The translations under genes were made by a program, and so were the position numbers. DNA of 64,000 nucleotides from Endomicrobiales bacterium. GTDB lineage: Bacteria; Elusimicrobiota; Endomicrobiia; Endomicrobiales; CAWCFT01. Positions 9,453 through 19,098 of this stretch are shown here, in pieces. The notes beneath the pieces were generated by a model that saw only the letters and a list, made by a program, of their open reading frames with translations, was not told the DNA's origin and did no database searches. The stretch lies in assembly GCA_963794945.1 (NCBI GenBank), contig CAWCFT010000015.1, positions 121,454 to 185,453 on the forward strand. The letters are read 5' to 3'. Each line of letters opens with the position of its first letter. The stretch's first letter is position 1.

Positions 9453-10412
9453 TCAACTTCTGGCGCTGCTTACATCGCGCATATAACCGCCTGTCTCTTC
9501 TTCTTCCCTCATCTCCCGGCCTGTGTAATGCAGGAACACATCGTTGAGGTCGGGAGAATGGACTTCAACAAAATCCACCGAACCTGCATCGCAAAGCAAA
9601 GCCTGGAGGTTCTTCGCGGCATTCTGTATGGAAAGCCGGCAGCCCTCCGGAGATTCCTTGATCTCTTTTACGAACGCTAGCTGTTTGATCTTGTTAAAAT
9701 CGATGGCGCCCTTCAAAAGCACGGTGTCGCCGCCCAGCCCTCGGATAAGGTTTTGAGGCGAATCCAGCGCTACTATCCTGCCGTGGTCGACTATCGCTAT
9801 CCTTGTGCAGAGCTTCTCGGCCTCTTCCATATAGTGCGTCGTGAGGACTATAGTCATGCTCGCCTTATCTGCGAGCGATTTGATGTATTGCCAGACGTGG
9901 GCTCTTGTTTGCGGGTCTAGCCCGAGAGTCGGCTCGTCTAAAAAAAATACCTGCGGCTGGTGGAGGAGGCCACGTGCTATCTCCATTCTGCGCCTCATGC
10001 CGCCAGAAAAGTTCTTGACTAGGTCATGTTTTCTCTTTTCAAGATCGACAAGCGTTAGCACTTCATCTATTTTGGAATCGATTAATTTCATCGGCACATC
10101 GTACAAAAGCGCGTGGAGCTTGAGGTTCTCGTAAGCTGAGAGCACCCTATCCGAACTCGGGTCCTGAAAAACCATCCCTATCGACTCCCTCACACGCATT
10201 GGCTCTTTGAGGACGTCAAAACCGTTTATGAACGCTGTGCCGGATGTCGGCTTGAGCAGGGAAGAGAGCATCATGAGGGTAGTCGTCTTGCCCGCCCCGT
10301 TCGGGCCCAGCAGGCCGAATATCTCACCCTTTTTCACTGTGAGGTCTATGCCGTCCACCGCGATCAGATCGCCGTATCGTTTGGTCAGTTTAGATGTTAC
10401 AATGGTTTCCAT
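9453..10412 (-). CDS. ABC exporter ATP-binding subunit (DrrA-like; start reassigned to METIV)
   Basis: GPNGAGKT, FSGGM, LDEPT, TTHY. Confidence 0.92.
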   Translation of the reverse strand: METIVTSKLTKRYGDLIAVDGIDLTVKKGEIFGLLGPNGAGKTTTLMMLSSLLKPTSGTAFINGFDVLKEPMRVRESIGMVFQDPSSDRVLSAYENLKLHALLYDVPMKLIDSKIDEVLTLVDLEKRKHDLVKNFSGGMRRRMEIARGLLHQPQVFFLDEPTLGLDPQTRAHVWQYIKSLADKASMTIVLTTHYMEEAEKLCTRIAIVDHGRIVALDSPQNLIRGLGGDTVLLKGAIDFNKIKQLAFVKEIKESPEGCRLSIQNAAKNLQALLCDAGSVDFVEVHSPDLNDVFLHYTGREMREEEETGGYMRDVSSARS

Positions 10413-10419
10413 AGTTTTT

Positions 10420-11073
10420 TCAGAGCCAGTTATTTTCTTTCCAGAATTGATATTCAGCAGGCCAATCTTCTTTTCTGAACCCGATGATCCGCTTGAAGCT
10501 CTCTTTGCCGGCATTGATGGAACCCTGCTGGTCAGCGAATATATTTTTGTCTTTTATCGCGTTTACAAGCGCCACTCCGAGCCCGCGCGCTTCGCCATTT
10601 TTCTTTTCATCCACAGGAACCCCGGATGACACCCCGCCCGCGTACTGCGCCCCGCAAGAGTTGCTGTAATGTTTTATATAGTCGAGGACTTCCTTGTTCT
10701 GCCCGCTGCCGGAGGTAACTACTCCGGCGATATATTTACCCAGAAGCCGCTTGCAATGGATAAAATGGGAGGAGCGGTCGAAGAGGGCCTTCATGGAGGC
10801 TGTGACCTGGTTAATGTAGTTCGGGCTCGCGAATATTATGCCGTCCGCGGCAAGCATTTTGTCGAGTATTCCCGAAACATTGTCCCTTATCGGGCACTTC
10901 ATGATCTTTTTGTGGCACATCTCGCACTGCCTGCAAAATTCTATTTTGTTATCGCATAGATGTATGACCTCGGAATTTACTCCGGATCCAAGCCCTTTCA
11001 ATACTTCGTTCGCTAGAGCTGAAGTCCTGCTCTCGGACTTGCGCGGGCTTGATGTGATCAGTAATATATTCAT
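10420..11073 (-). CDS. Iron-sulfur flavoprotein / NADPH-dependent FMN reductase family
   Basis: SSPRK..S.T, CxxCxxC-x6-C, ADGIIFASP. Confidence 0.85.
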   Translation of the reverse strand: MNILLITSSPRKSESRTSALANEVLKGLGSGVNSEVIHLCDNKIEFCRQCEMCHKKIMKCPIRDNVSGILDKMLAADGIIFASPNYINQVTASMKALFDRSSHFIHCKRLLGKYIAGVVTSGSGQNKEVLDYIKHYSNSCGAQYAGGVSSGVPVDEKKNGEARGLGVALVNAIKDKNIFADQQGSINAGKESFKRIIGFRKEDWPAEYQFWKENNWL

Positions 11074-11094
11074 TTTACCTCCGGCACAATTTTT

Positions 11095-11815
11095 TTACTT
11101 ATACCATTTTAGCATCTTCACGGCAACGCCTTTGTCGCCTGATACAAGTTGTTTGAACTTGTTTACATCGGCAAAACCGTTCTTCTGCCTGTAGTGGTAC
11201 GGGAACACCACCCGCGGCCTGAACGCCAGAACAGCCAAGGCCGCCTGATCAACCGACATTGTGTAGGGCAGGTTCATGCAAACAAAAGCGTAGTCGATAT
11301 TTTTTAAGGCCCTCATCTCCGAAATATCTTCTGTGTCTCCGGAAATGTATATTCTTTTACCCGAGACGGTAACGATATAACCATTGCCGACACCTTTGGG
11401 ATGGTTCTGCAGACCTATCCGGAGTGATATTGTAAGCGGGGACAGCCTCGATCTTGATACCGGCCACTTCTTTGCTTGCACCGTTGTTGAGGGCCTGGCC
11501 GTATGAAAGCTGGCCTATAACAATTTTTGGGCCGATGACTATAGTATTTTGTTTTTTTAATGCTGCAATAAGGTTTTTATCAAAGTGGTCAAAATGTTCA
11601 TGCGTGACCAGAATTATATCCGGCGACTTGAAATTCTCATAACTCTTCGCGTCTCCGGTAGGGTCAACGTAAACCGCAGCGCCGCCGGCCAGTATAACAA
11701 AACTCGCGTGAGAGATAGGTACAAAATCGATATCCGCCGCACCGCCCTGCACCTCGATCCCGCTCATCCCGAACATAACCGCTCCGCAAAATAACATTTT
11801 AAATATCTTTTTCAT
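11095..11815 (-). CDS. Secreted MBL-fold metallo-hydrolase, frameshift near 11415
   Basis: THEHFDH, PAYN...HPKG.GNGY and SGDT spread over ORFs 11357..11833 and 11095..11481. Confidence 0.85.
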
Positions 11816-11856
11816 ACAGCCCCCGTTATTCAATCAGTAATTTTTCATTATGGTTT

Positions 11857-12564
11857 TCACAGAAAACAGTGGGACACGACCTGTATATCTTTGCGGTTAA
11901 TGTTTATCACTTTGCATCCGAACGAGTTGACTACAGTGGTTGAGTCAACTAAAGTGATCTGGTTGGTATACTGGTTTTGAAGGTGTACGTGACCGTGAAG
12001 CCACAAAAGCGGTGATACCTTTTCTATGAAACCCTTAAAGCACTTGAAACCCCTGTGAGGCCTGTCGGAAAGGTCGTGAACCGCCAGTATGGGCGCGTGC
12101 GAGACCACTATGACTTCCCTTTGCGGCCGCCGCATGAATTTATCCTGAAGGTGCTGCCACGTGATAGCCCGTTCTACGCTTTTGACTACCTTGGCCATCT
12201 CCGCTTCAGTGTACTGATTCTCTTCTCCATTGTACCATATGGAACCGCCGAAGCCTGCGAATATATAATCCTTGTAGACCTCCACCCTTCCGTGCAGGTC
12301 GGCATAGCCCGCTATGTACTTTATGCTTCTTAGCGAGAATGCCAGTTTCTCCGGCTCGAAATACTCGCCGCTGTTCTCCAGCGGATGGTTGCCCCTGATA
12401 AAGAACAGGTCGCGGCCGATGCCGTCCACGAGGTATTCCAGGTACTCGGTGTCGAGGTCTCCGCAGGAAACTATGACTTCTATATCGCCGAACTTTTTAG
12501 GATCGTTCGCGATCAATGTCTCCAGGCTGCGGCTCGGTTCATCCGAAACTGCGAGGATCTTCAT
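11857..12564 (-). CDS. Calcineurin-like metallophosphoesterase
   Basis: VSD, CGD, GNH, SHAP and HGHVH motifs. Confidence 0.88.
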   Translation of the reverse strand: MKILAVSDEPSRSLETLIANDPKKFGDIEVIVSCGDLDTEYLEYLVDGIGRDLFFIRGNHPLENSGEYFEPEKLAFSLRSIKYIAGYADLHGRVEVYKDYIFAGFGGSIWYNGEENQYTEAEMAKVVKSVERAITWQHLQDKFMRRPQREVIVVSHAPILAVHDLSDRPHRGFKCFKGFIEKVSPLLWLHGHVHLQNQYTNQITLVDSTTVVNSFGCKVININRKDIQVVSHCFL

Positions 12565-12621
12565 CGATATCCTTTAACCGTTTGAAAGTTCCGGTGCAGC
12601 GTTAAATAACGGCCTTCGCTG

Positions 12622-13500
12622 TCACTGAACTTTTGGCAGATACCTGACCTTTAATTCCTGTTTAATTCCCTGAACGATCTCTCTTATAACCGGGGGCACA
12701 AGATCATAGAATTTAGTTTTCCTGTATTTCTTGAGAAAATCCTCTTTAGTAAAATCAAAACCGACATCATGCCCGGCTTTCTGGCTGAGGAAGTACTTGT
12801 GCTGCTGTATCCAGAGGTAGAGGTCCGTGTAAGTACGGCTGGGGAACCTGTCTAGTATATTCTCTTCGATTATTATCTTGACCGCCGGCAGGAACCTCGT
12901 CTCGTACCAGAGAAGGCTGGCATAGACAATAGCTTTTTTAGCAAGCTCACCGTTATTGTAGTTCCTTTTGAAATCAAGTATCTCTTCATAAAGCTTGCTG
13001 AAACTCGTGAGGTCGGTGACCTTGAGAGGATAAACCAGTATTTCGTTATTGAGGAATGTGTTTTTCATGAAAGCATCCTCTTCGAGCCTTATGAGAAACC
13101 TTTTGGCATGTTCGGTGTCATAAGTATATTTTTTATCGGGTGAAAGCCCGATATCGAAGTGGATTTCAGTAACTTCGGCGTCGATCGCCGCGGCATTAAG
13201 CTCTTTTTTGGCTACGGTTACCCTGTGGTGGCCATCTATGACAAAGTAGCTGTCGAATATCTGATAGACCTTGATAGGCGGAAGGATCTTACCCCCCATC
13301 ATCGCATCCTTTACATTCTCGTACTTGGGGCTTATCCTGTTGTTCTGGGGCAGGAACTCATCATTAAAATCGTTGTACCGGCCGAGACTGCCCACGATCT
13401 TTTCAATGGGGATAGCCTCAACACCCTTGAACTTCTGGTGAGTATGTTCCAGATTTTTTTCGATGGTATCAAAATCGATCAGCTTATTTGTTTCTTCCAT
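12622..13500 (-). CDS. ParB/Srx-domain protein (DUF4032-like)
   Basis: IVGS.GRY.DF and PPI.VY....YFV.DGHHR. Confidence 0.75.
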   Translation of the reverse strand: MEETNKLIDFDTIEKNLEHTHQKFKGVEAIPIEKIVGSLGRYNDFNDEFLPQNNRISPKYENVKDAMMGGKILPPIKVYQIFDSYFVIDGHHRVTVAKKELNAAAIDAEVTEIHFDIGLSPDKKYTYDTEHAKRFLIRLEEDAFMKNTFLNNEILVYPLKVTDLTSFSKLYEEILDFKRNYNNGELAKKAIVYASLLWYETRFLPAVKIIIEENILDRFPSRTYTDLYLWIQQHKYFLSQKAGHDVGFDFTKEDFLKKYRKTKFYDLVPPVIREIVQGIKQELKVRYLPKVQ

Positions 13501-13662
13501 TTTACCCTGCCATGCCCGAGATCGGTAATCTTAATGCCTTTGTACACCCGGAGAGAGTGTCAGTTAAGTCTCTGGCAAATTCGCTTTGTTTACGGGATAC
13601 TTCTTTATTTGAATCTTTCTGATGCCCGCATTATATGATATTTACTGAAAAAATGTAACTTA

Positions 13663-13748
13663 TGCCGGGGGAGGGAATTGAACCCTCACGCCCCTTGCGA
13701 AGCTCAGGATTTTAAGTCCTGTGCGTCTGCCAGTTCCGCCACCCCGGC
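13663..13748 (-). tRNA. tRNA-Leu(UAA), long variable arm, CCA not encoded
   Basis: GCCGGGG/CCCCGGC acceptor stem, CAGGA-CTTAAAA-TCCTG anticodon arm, GAGGG-TTCAATT-CCCTC T arm. Confidence 0.97.
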
Positions 13749-13751
13749 ACT
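13708..13751. repeat. att core (left), 44 bp
   Basis: gattttaagtcctgtgcgtctgccagttccgccaccccggcact. Confidence 0.95.
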
Positions 13752-13756
13752 ATATA

Positions 13757-14851
13757 CTAATTCATTCTATTTTCAATCGCTTTTAATTCAACCGGGATTT
13801 TTACGTTTTCAGAAGTTTGTCTAAAGTTTGTTTGTTCGCTTCTTTTTTCGTAAAAAGCAGACAGCTTATTAAGGCTGTTTATTTCTTCCCTTTTTGAATC
13901 CGGCGATAAATGTGCGTAATACTTCTCAGTAATCATTACGCTTGAATGCCCAAGCCATTTACAAACCTGAAACACGTCCACGCTTGCCATTACTAACTGG
14001 CTCGCAAAGGTATGCCTGAAATCGTGAAACCTGAAATCCTTAATCCCAAGTTCCCTGAATTTAGCCATAAACTTATGCGAAACATGGCAAGGGTGTAAAA
14101 TGCCAAATACAAGCTCATCATCCGGCTTCCCTTCTCCGTAAAGCCTCAGCAATAGATCATAAAGCACATTGCTTACGGGTATATGCCTTGATTTACCTGA
14201 TTTGCTCTTAGGAATAAATATATCTCTTAAGGGCAAAGTAACATCTTTCCACTTCACCCCGCAAAGCTCCCTAAGCCTCATTCCTGTATGCAAAGCACCC
14301 ACGAAATAAGGGTATAAGCTCGTATTTGTTAGATTTGCCTCAAGCGATTGTATCTCAGCCTTATTTAAGAACCTGATATGAGCATTCGGCTCTCTTTTCA
14401 GCTTTACCCCGTTTGCCGGATTAAAGCCCTCAAACCTCTGCCAGATAATCATTTTATTAAACATAGCTTTTACAAGCGAATGATACCTGTCAGCTGTTGA
14501 GTTAGTCAGCCCTTTGCCTACCAAATGGCTTCGCATATGCTGAATATCAAGGGGTGTAAAATCAATTAACCGCTTTTTCCCGAATAATCGGCAAAGATAC
14601 TCTGCTTTACTCAAATCTATTTTCCAAGATTGCTCTGATTTGTTTGGCTTGGAATGATTTTCAATGAACAAGTGGACAGCTTCTTTAAAAGTAATCTCAC
14701 TGCCCTTGCCTGAACCCCTTCCGAGTTCAAGCCTTTTTGTTGCCTCAAACTTTATAGCCTGTTCTCTGGACTTAAACCTTTTTCTGTACCTCTTTCCCAA
14801 CTGCCAAAAGTCATAAGCCCAAGTGCTATTTGAAGTGCGAAGAATACTCAT
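13757..14851 (-). CDS. int: Tyrosine recombinase / phage integrase
   Basis: HTGMR, KSKSGK, FHDFRHT, LGH and Y catalytic residues. Confidence 0.95.
   Translation of the reverse strand: MSILRTSNSTWAYDFWQLGKRYRKRFKSREQAIKFEATKRLELGRGSGKGSEITFKEAVHLFIENHSKPNKSEQSWKIDLSKAEYLCRLFGKKRLIDFTPLDIQHMRSHLVGKGLTNSTADRYHSLVKAMFNKMIIWQRFEGFNPANGVKLKREPNAHIRFLNKAEIQSLEANLTNTSLYPYFVGALHTGMRLRELCGVKWKDVTLPLRDIFIPKSKSGKSRHIPVSNVLYDLLLRLYGEGKPDDELVFGILHPCHVSHKFMAKFRELGIKDFRFHDFRHTFASQLVMASVDVFQVCKWLGHSSVMITEKYYAHLSPDSKREEINSLNKLSAFYEKRSEQTNFRQTSENVKIPVELKAIENRMN
13813..13835. repeat. Putative integrase arm-type site (left)
   Basis: aagtttgtctaaagtttgtttgt, 22/23 identical to 23677-23699. Confidence 0.7.
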
Positions 14852-15081
14852 TTTATATACTCCTCGCCCTTCACCTGTCCATTATTATAACATTTTTCAA
14901 TGCCAAATGGAACATACGTTTTAGCCTCTATCCATCTTTCAATTAAGCCCGTGTCAAACCTCAGCCTATTGCCTATTTTGGTATATGGTATCTGCTTTCT
15001 GTATACCAGATCATAAATAGACGCTATTTTAAGGTTTAAATAGCTTGATAATTCAGTAATGTTTAATAGCCGTTTTTCCAT
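14848..15081 (-). CDS. xis: Excisionase-like HTH protein
   Basis: LL.I.EL..YL.....IY......IP..KIG..LRF; overlaps the int start by 4 nt. Confidence 0.85.
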   Translation of the reverse strand: MEKRLLNITELSSYLNLKIASIYDLVYRKQIPYTKIGNRLRFDTGLIERWIEAKTYVPFGIEKCYNNGQVKGEEYIK

Positions 15082-15109
15082 AAAACCTTAGCAAAACTTA
15101 GCATCCTGC

Positions 15110-15689
15110 TTACTTTAAAAACTTAGACATTTTGAATATTTTGTACATAAATCGCCAATCGCTTAAGTTAGATTGTTCCACAAAGTAACCGTGCCTATCT
15201 ACCAAATAATCAAACGTTTTTTGCCTCAGTATATTTTGGTTTGTAAAAATATTCCTTTCCCTTAATTTTCTTTATCTTCAACTTATTAGCTATTATTTCT
15301 GCTCTCCATGAATATACATTCGCCAAGTTCCGTTTTCGTCTCTGCTCATAAGTCAAATCATAACAAGCCCTACATTTCCAAGCCTGCACTCTTACGCCGT
15401 TACAGTATAAATTTGTAGGCAAGTACAACCTTCCAACTCTCCGGTAACAATGAGGGCAATTATACCAAAGCCTTGTATTGCCATAGTTACATGGAGTTTT
15501 TGTCAAAGTGATTTCTTGTAAATTCTTAGTTCCATCCCTTTTATGCTCAATTACAGCCTTCCCGTTTTTGTCCTCATACCATTTAACTTTAAAGTTAGGA
15601 TCATCTTCGCCATGCATAGCCCAGATAAAATCCCCCCAGACTGATAAAGAATGGCAATTCTCAACTGATACATGCCTCAGATAAGCCAT
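15110..15689 (-). CDS. Hypothetical Cys-rich zinc-finger protein, frameshift near 15230
   Basis: PCNYG..R.W..CP.C...CRAC..L.Y; an alternate frame continues RQKTFDYLVDRH... to a stop at 15110. Confidence 0.6.
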
Positions 15690-16088
15690 AAGTACACCTT
15701 TTTTCCGTTTTTGCCATAAATCAATAAGCTATTTATTCTTTTTGAACGTTCTGAAATTCTATTTTCAACTTGCTTATTAGTTCAAATCACTCTTAAAGCT
15801 AGAAAAAACTCTTTAAAATGTTAACTTTTGTTAACATCTAAGCCTCTCTTAAAGCGTAACGAAACTCTTTGTAAAAAGTCTAGTTTTGTCTAGTAGTTAA
15901 CTTTTCTTTAGCTTCCCAAATAATAACTTTTAATAACTACCCAAATACTAACTTTTACTAACACTCAAGCCTCTTTTTATAGCGTTGGAAAATCTTTCGC
16001 CTGTTATAGGCACACAAAAAATATTTATCAGATCCGCTACAATGACGTTTTTTAAAGAAATTAAGCCCTGAATACAGAGATAATGAAA

Positions 16089-16331
16089 TTATACGCTGGA
16101 TACCCTATTTGTTGAGATTTGAGCCTTGATACTATCAATGTGCCTATTGTTCAAAAGCTTTAAATCTGTCCGCTTAACCTTCTTTTCCGGTTTACCAAGC
16201 CTAAAACGATACAAAGAGCATTTTGGATCAGTGCAGAGCCTTACATCTTCACTGCTATTATTCACGCAAGCAAGACACTGCTTTCTAATCGCTTTCCATA
16301 ACTCACTTTTTGAAACCTGTACTTTTGGCAT
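16089..16331 (-). CDS. Small Cys4 hypothetical protein (phage-type)
   Basis: KAIR..C..C......VRLC....C.LY.FR.G; GAGG RBS. Confidence 0.6.
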   Translation of the reverse strand: MPKVQVSKSELWKAIRKQCLACVNNSSEDVRLCTDPKCSLYRFRLGKPEKKVKRTDLKLLNNRHIDSIKAQISTNRVSSV

Positions 16332-16419
16332 TTGACACCTCTAAATCGTATAATCCCGCATATTCGGGTATCTTAGTTCCCGCACTTTTGGGTATCTTCC
16401 TTAACATCTCTGCTTTTAA

Positions 16420-16899
16420 TCATAACATCTTTGTTCCCGTCCTTTGATTTGCCTTTAAGGGTAAAATGCTGAAAGCAGGTGTTGACTTTGCTGTGCCTTT
16501 CTTACGTTGTGTTGCCTTTTGCTTTCTTGCCCTAACTCTATCAATATGTTCTTGAGTAAGAAAAGCCGGTTTATTTAAGTTCAACTTATAATATCTAACC
16601 CACCCGGTCTTTAAATTAGAAACAAGTCCCAGTTCCGTTAATTCTTTAATATAATCGCAAATATGATCTCTACTTACTTCCGCCTCTGCCGACAACGTCT
16701 TATTTGCCAATTTTCCCACATAGTCCCTAACACAAACATATCGCTGTAAAACATCATATACCCTGCGTGCAGTAGGGCTTAAAATGTTATACATTGCATT
16801 ATCGTAAAACCAATCAGGTGTCATACGAAAATACTTGTCTACTAATTTTGGCTTTACTTGTTGAATATCCGGCATTTCCGGAGCAAATTCTGTTTCCAT
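16420..16899 (-). CDS. Winged-HTH protein, replication-initiator-like
   Basis: LSPTARRVY...L.....VSR..I...IKEL...GLV; followed by direct repeats. Confidence 0.55.
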   Translation of the reverse strand: METEFAPEMPDIQQVKPKLVDKYFRMTPDWFYDNAMYNILSPTARRVYDVLQRYVCVRDYVGKLANKTLSAEAEVSRDHICDYIKELTELGLVSNLKTGWVRYYKLNLNKPAFLTQEHIDRVRARKQKATQRKKGTAKSTPAFSILPLKANQRTGTKML

Positions 16900-16928
16900 C
16901 TCAATCTCACCGTTTTCTTATTAAATTA

Positions 16929-17222
16929 TTACATTTCCCGTTTCCTAGAGAAAAGCCAGTCCTTTGTTGATCTCAGGCTGTCAACATACTTTCTAATACT
17001 AACCTTTAAATCCCCTGACCAGTATTGAACCGCCAGTTTATCTGTATCACCTGAGAATATAAATATTAATCTATCGCCTTCTTTGTCTAATCTAATTGGT
17101 TTTTGAAACAAGGAAAGTGCCGAAGCTTCATGCAGGTCTGCCGTGCGGTATTCTTTATCAATCTGCTCTTGTCTTTTCTTCATCTCTATCCTCCGTATTA
17201 TAAATATTTTCTGTTGATACAT
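16929..17222 (-). CDS. Small hypothetical protein (DUF5659-like); true start probably the internal MKKRQ
   Basis: Y.T.DL..ASAL ... IF.F ... YWSG.L.V; GGAGG RBS before the internal ATG. Confidence 0.55.
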   Translation of the reverse strand: MYQQKIFIIRRIEMKKRQEQIDKEYRTADLHEASALSLFQKPIRLDKEGDRLIFIFSGDTDKLAVQYWSGDLKVSIRKYVDSLRSTKDWLFSRKREM

Positions 17223-17360
17223 ATTCCTTCTACTATTAACTATATCAGAGATTTACCCCACCCTGCCAAACGACTTTTTTTGGTGTAATAAAATCTTGAA
17301 CATATCTCCTGAAATGCTTCACCTGCAAACTGTCATCAATCCTGAAATAGAGTTGACAAT

Positions 17361-17406
17361 AAAAAAAGCCCGAACAGGCGTAATTTTCATTACGTCCATT
17401 CGGGCT
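17361..17406 (-). terminator. Hairpin with U-tract (terminator/attenuator) upstream of the replication-like genes
   Basis: Minus strand AGCCCGAA...TTCGGGCT followed by T-run. Confidence 0.6.
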
Positions 17407-17680
17407 CTCTGGCTCTGGGTTACTTTATTAGGCTCACTGGCTCAAGTTGTCAATCAAGAACCCACGAAATAAACGTATTCTTACGCTAATTCGGGTGTTC
17501 TGTTTTTTCAGATTGACCCTGAATTTTGATATACAAAAAACAGAAGCGGAAAAATCAACATTATACGCATACCTTTTTTGTAATCATATTCAGTTCAGAA
17601 AGATCAAATACAAACTTTGCATATATATTAAATCATATTGAAAACAAAAAATCAAACGTTATCTTCCAAGTACAGCATTA

Positions 17681-18094
17681 CTATTTTTGAGCAGTAGGTG
17701 CTGAGTCAATTGTTTTTTTAAATCCCGGCATCTGTATTTCCTCTAATTGAGCATGCAATGCGTCCTCGTCTATTGAGTACCAAGCCCCAGTAGAGGCATC
17801 TACAATCATGGGAAGGAATCCGCATATACAATCCAACAAAACCCAGCCTATTTCTATATTATCTGAAACAATACTATAGCTACTTTCGTACCCTTCTTTT
17901 TTAAACTGTATGTAAGCATATTTATTGTTTCTAAATTTTAACCGACAGGGCGTTCTGCCTGCGGGTAAACCATTAATTAGAACAATAGCATCGCTTGGAA
18001 TCGATGTTAAGGTAACTATACTGGAATTATTGCCTTTAATAATTGTTGCACAACTTGATAAAAATACACACAAAACCAAAAGACACTTTTTCAT
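17681..18094 (-). CDS. PEGA-domain lipoprotein
   Basis: LSSC lipobox; S.PSDA.V.ING...GRTP...KKEGY; VDA.TGAWY. Confidence 0.8.
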   Translation of the reverse strand: MKKCLLVLCVFLSSCATIIKGNNSSIVTLTSIPSDAIVLINGLPAGRTPCRLKFRNNKYAYIQFKKEGYESSYSIVSDNIEIGWVLLDCICGFLPMIVDASTGAWYSIDEDALHAQLEEIQMPGFKKTIDSAPTAQK

Positions 18095-18332
18095 TCATTT
18101 TCTCCCTTTGATCAAAACTGCTATCGCAATATTTTGGCAACCATACAGTAAACTCATCTAGCATTATATTGCTAAATGTTTTTACAAACACTCTTTCCCA
18201 TTTTTTTCCTGTAACCTGTTCATGATATTTCTTTTTCTTTAATATACTTAATAATTTATTGACTTCTTTGCTATTATAAGCGTGATCTAAACTGCTTTTT
18301 GAATATCTTCTTTTAAATATCGCTTGGCTCAT
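18036..18332 (-). CDS. Hypothetical protein
   Basis: ORF with GAGG RBS; overlaps the next gene by 59 nt. Confidence 0.4.
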   Translation of the reverse strand: MSQAIFKRRYSKSSLDHAYNSKEVNKLLSILKKKKYHEQVTGKKWERVFVKTFSNIMLDEFTVWLPKYCDSSFDQREKMNEKVSFGFVCIFIKLCNNY

Positions 18333-19029
18333 AAACTACCTCTTATCCGGATTCCTTACCACTTCCATTAGCTAAATATGACCCGTTTCTATTTCATTGC
18401 TTTTATTAAAAGGTGAATTTCATTTGCTAACCCCATATTCACTTTCTCTAATTTCGGGATCAGCTTCTGTGCTTTTTCTTTGTTATTGCTTATTAAATAC
18501 AAAATGCTTAGATAATAAAGCGTGTCTTTTTCATCAGGCTTGGACATCAGTACATTTTCATAAGCTTTAATGGCTAGATTATATTTCCCTATATCTTCAT
18601 ATGCATTACCAAGGTATAAATTAATATCTGGATCATTTTTAATATGAGCGTTCGCAGTTTCCAAAAGTTTTACTTCTTCATCATATTTCGATGTTTCATA
18701 CAATATTTGAGAATAATCAATATATGCATATAAATAGTTTTTATCTATTTCAAGAGCTTTAATGAAATAGTCTACTGCCTTATCGTATTCTTTTCGATTT
18801 TTAGCTACCATTCCATTAGCATAATAATAATCAGGGCTTCTATCTTTGTATTCTTGATTTTTACTATTAGATACTAGCTCCACATTTTCAATAGGTATTG
18901 CAAAATTAATATTTTGCGTATCGGAATTGCCTTTATTAACAAGTGAACTCGAAGTAATTCCAATTATCTTTCCATTTGAATTAAAAAGTCCGCCACCACT
19001 ACGAGAATTTCCTATAATCAGTTGAAATA

Positions 19030-19058
19030 TTGAACCACGGTCTCACAAACGCTATAAT
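19030..19058 (+). promoter_or_regulatory. Transposase promoter
   Basis: TTGAAC-N17-TATAAT, then AAGGAG RBS. Confidence 0.6.
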
Positions 19059-19098
19059 GGGTTTTGCTTAAGAAACTCAAATAAAGCGAAAGGAGACC

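Noticed and set aside
16420..16422. Stop-codon recoding / alternative genetic code
   Set aside because: TGA, TAG and TAA all end conserved genes normally elsewhere in the window
18389..18883. Stand-alone TPR gene
   Set aside because: It is the 3' half of the IS-interrupted protease gene
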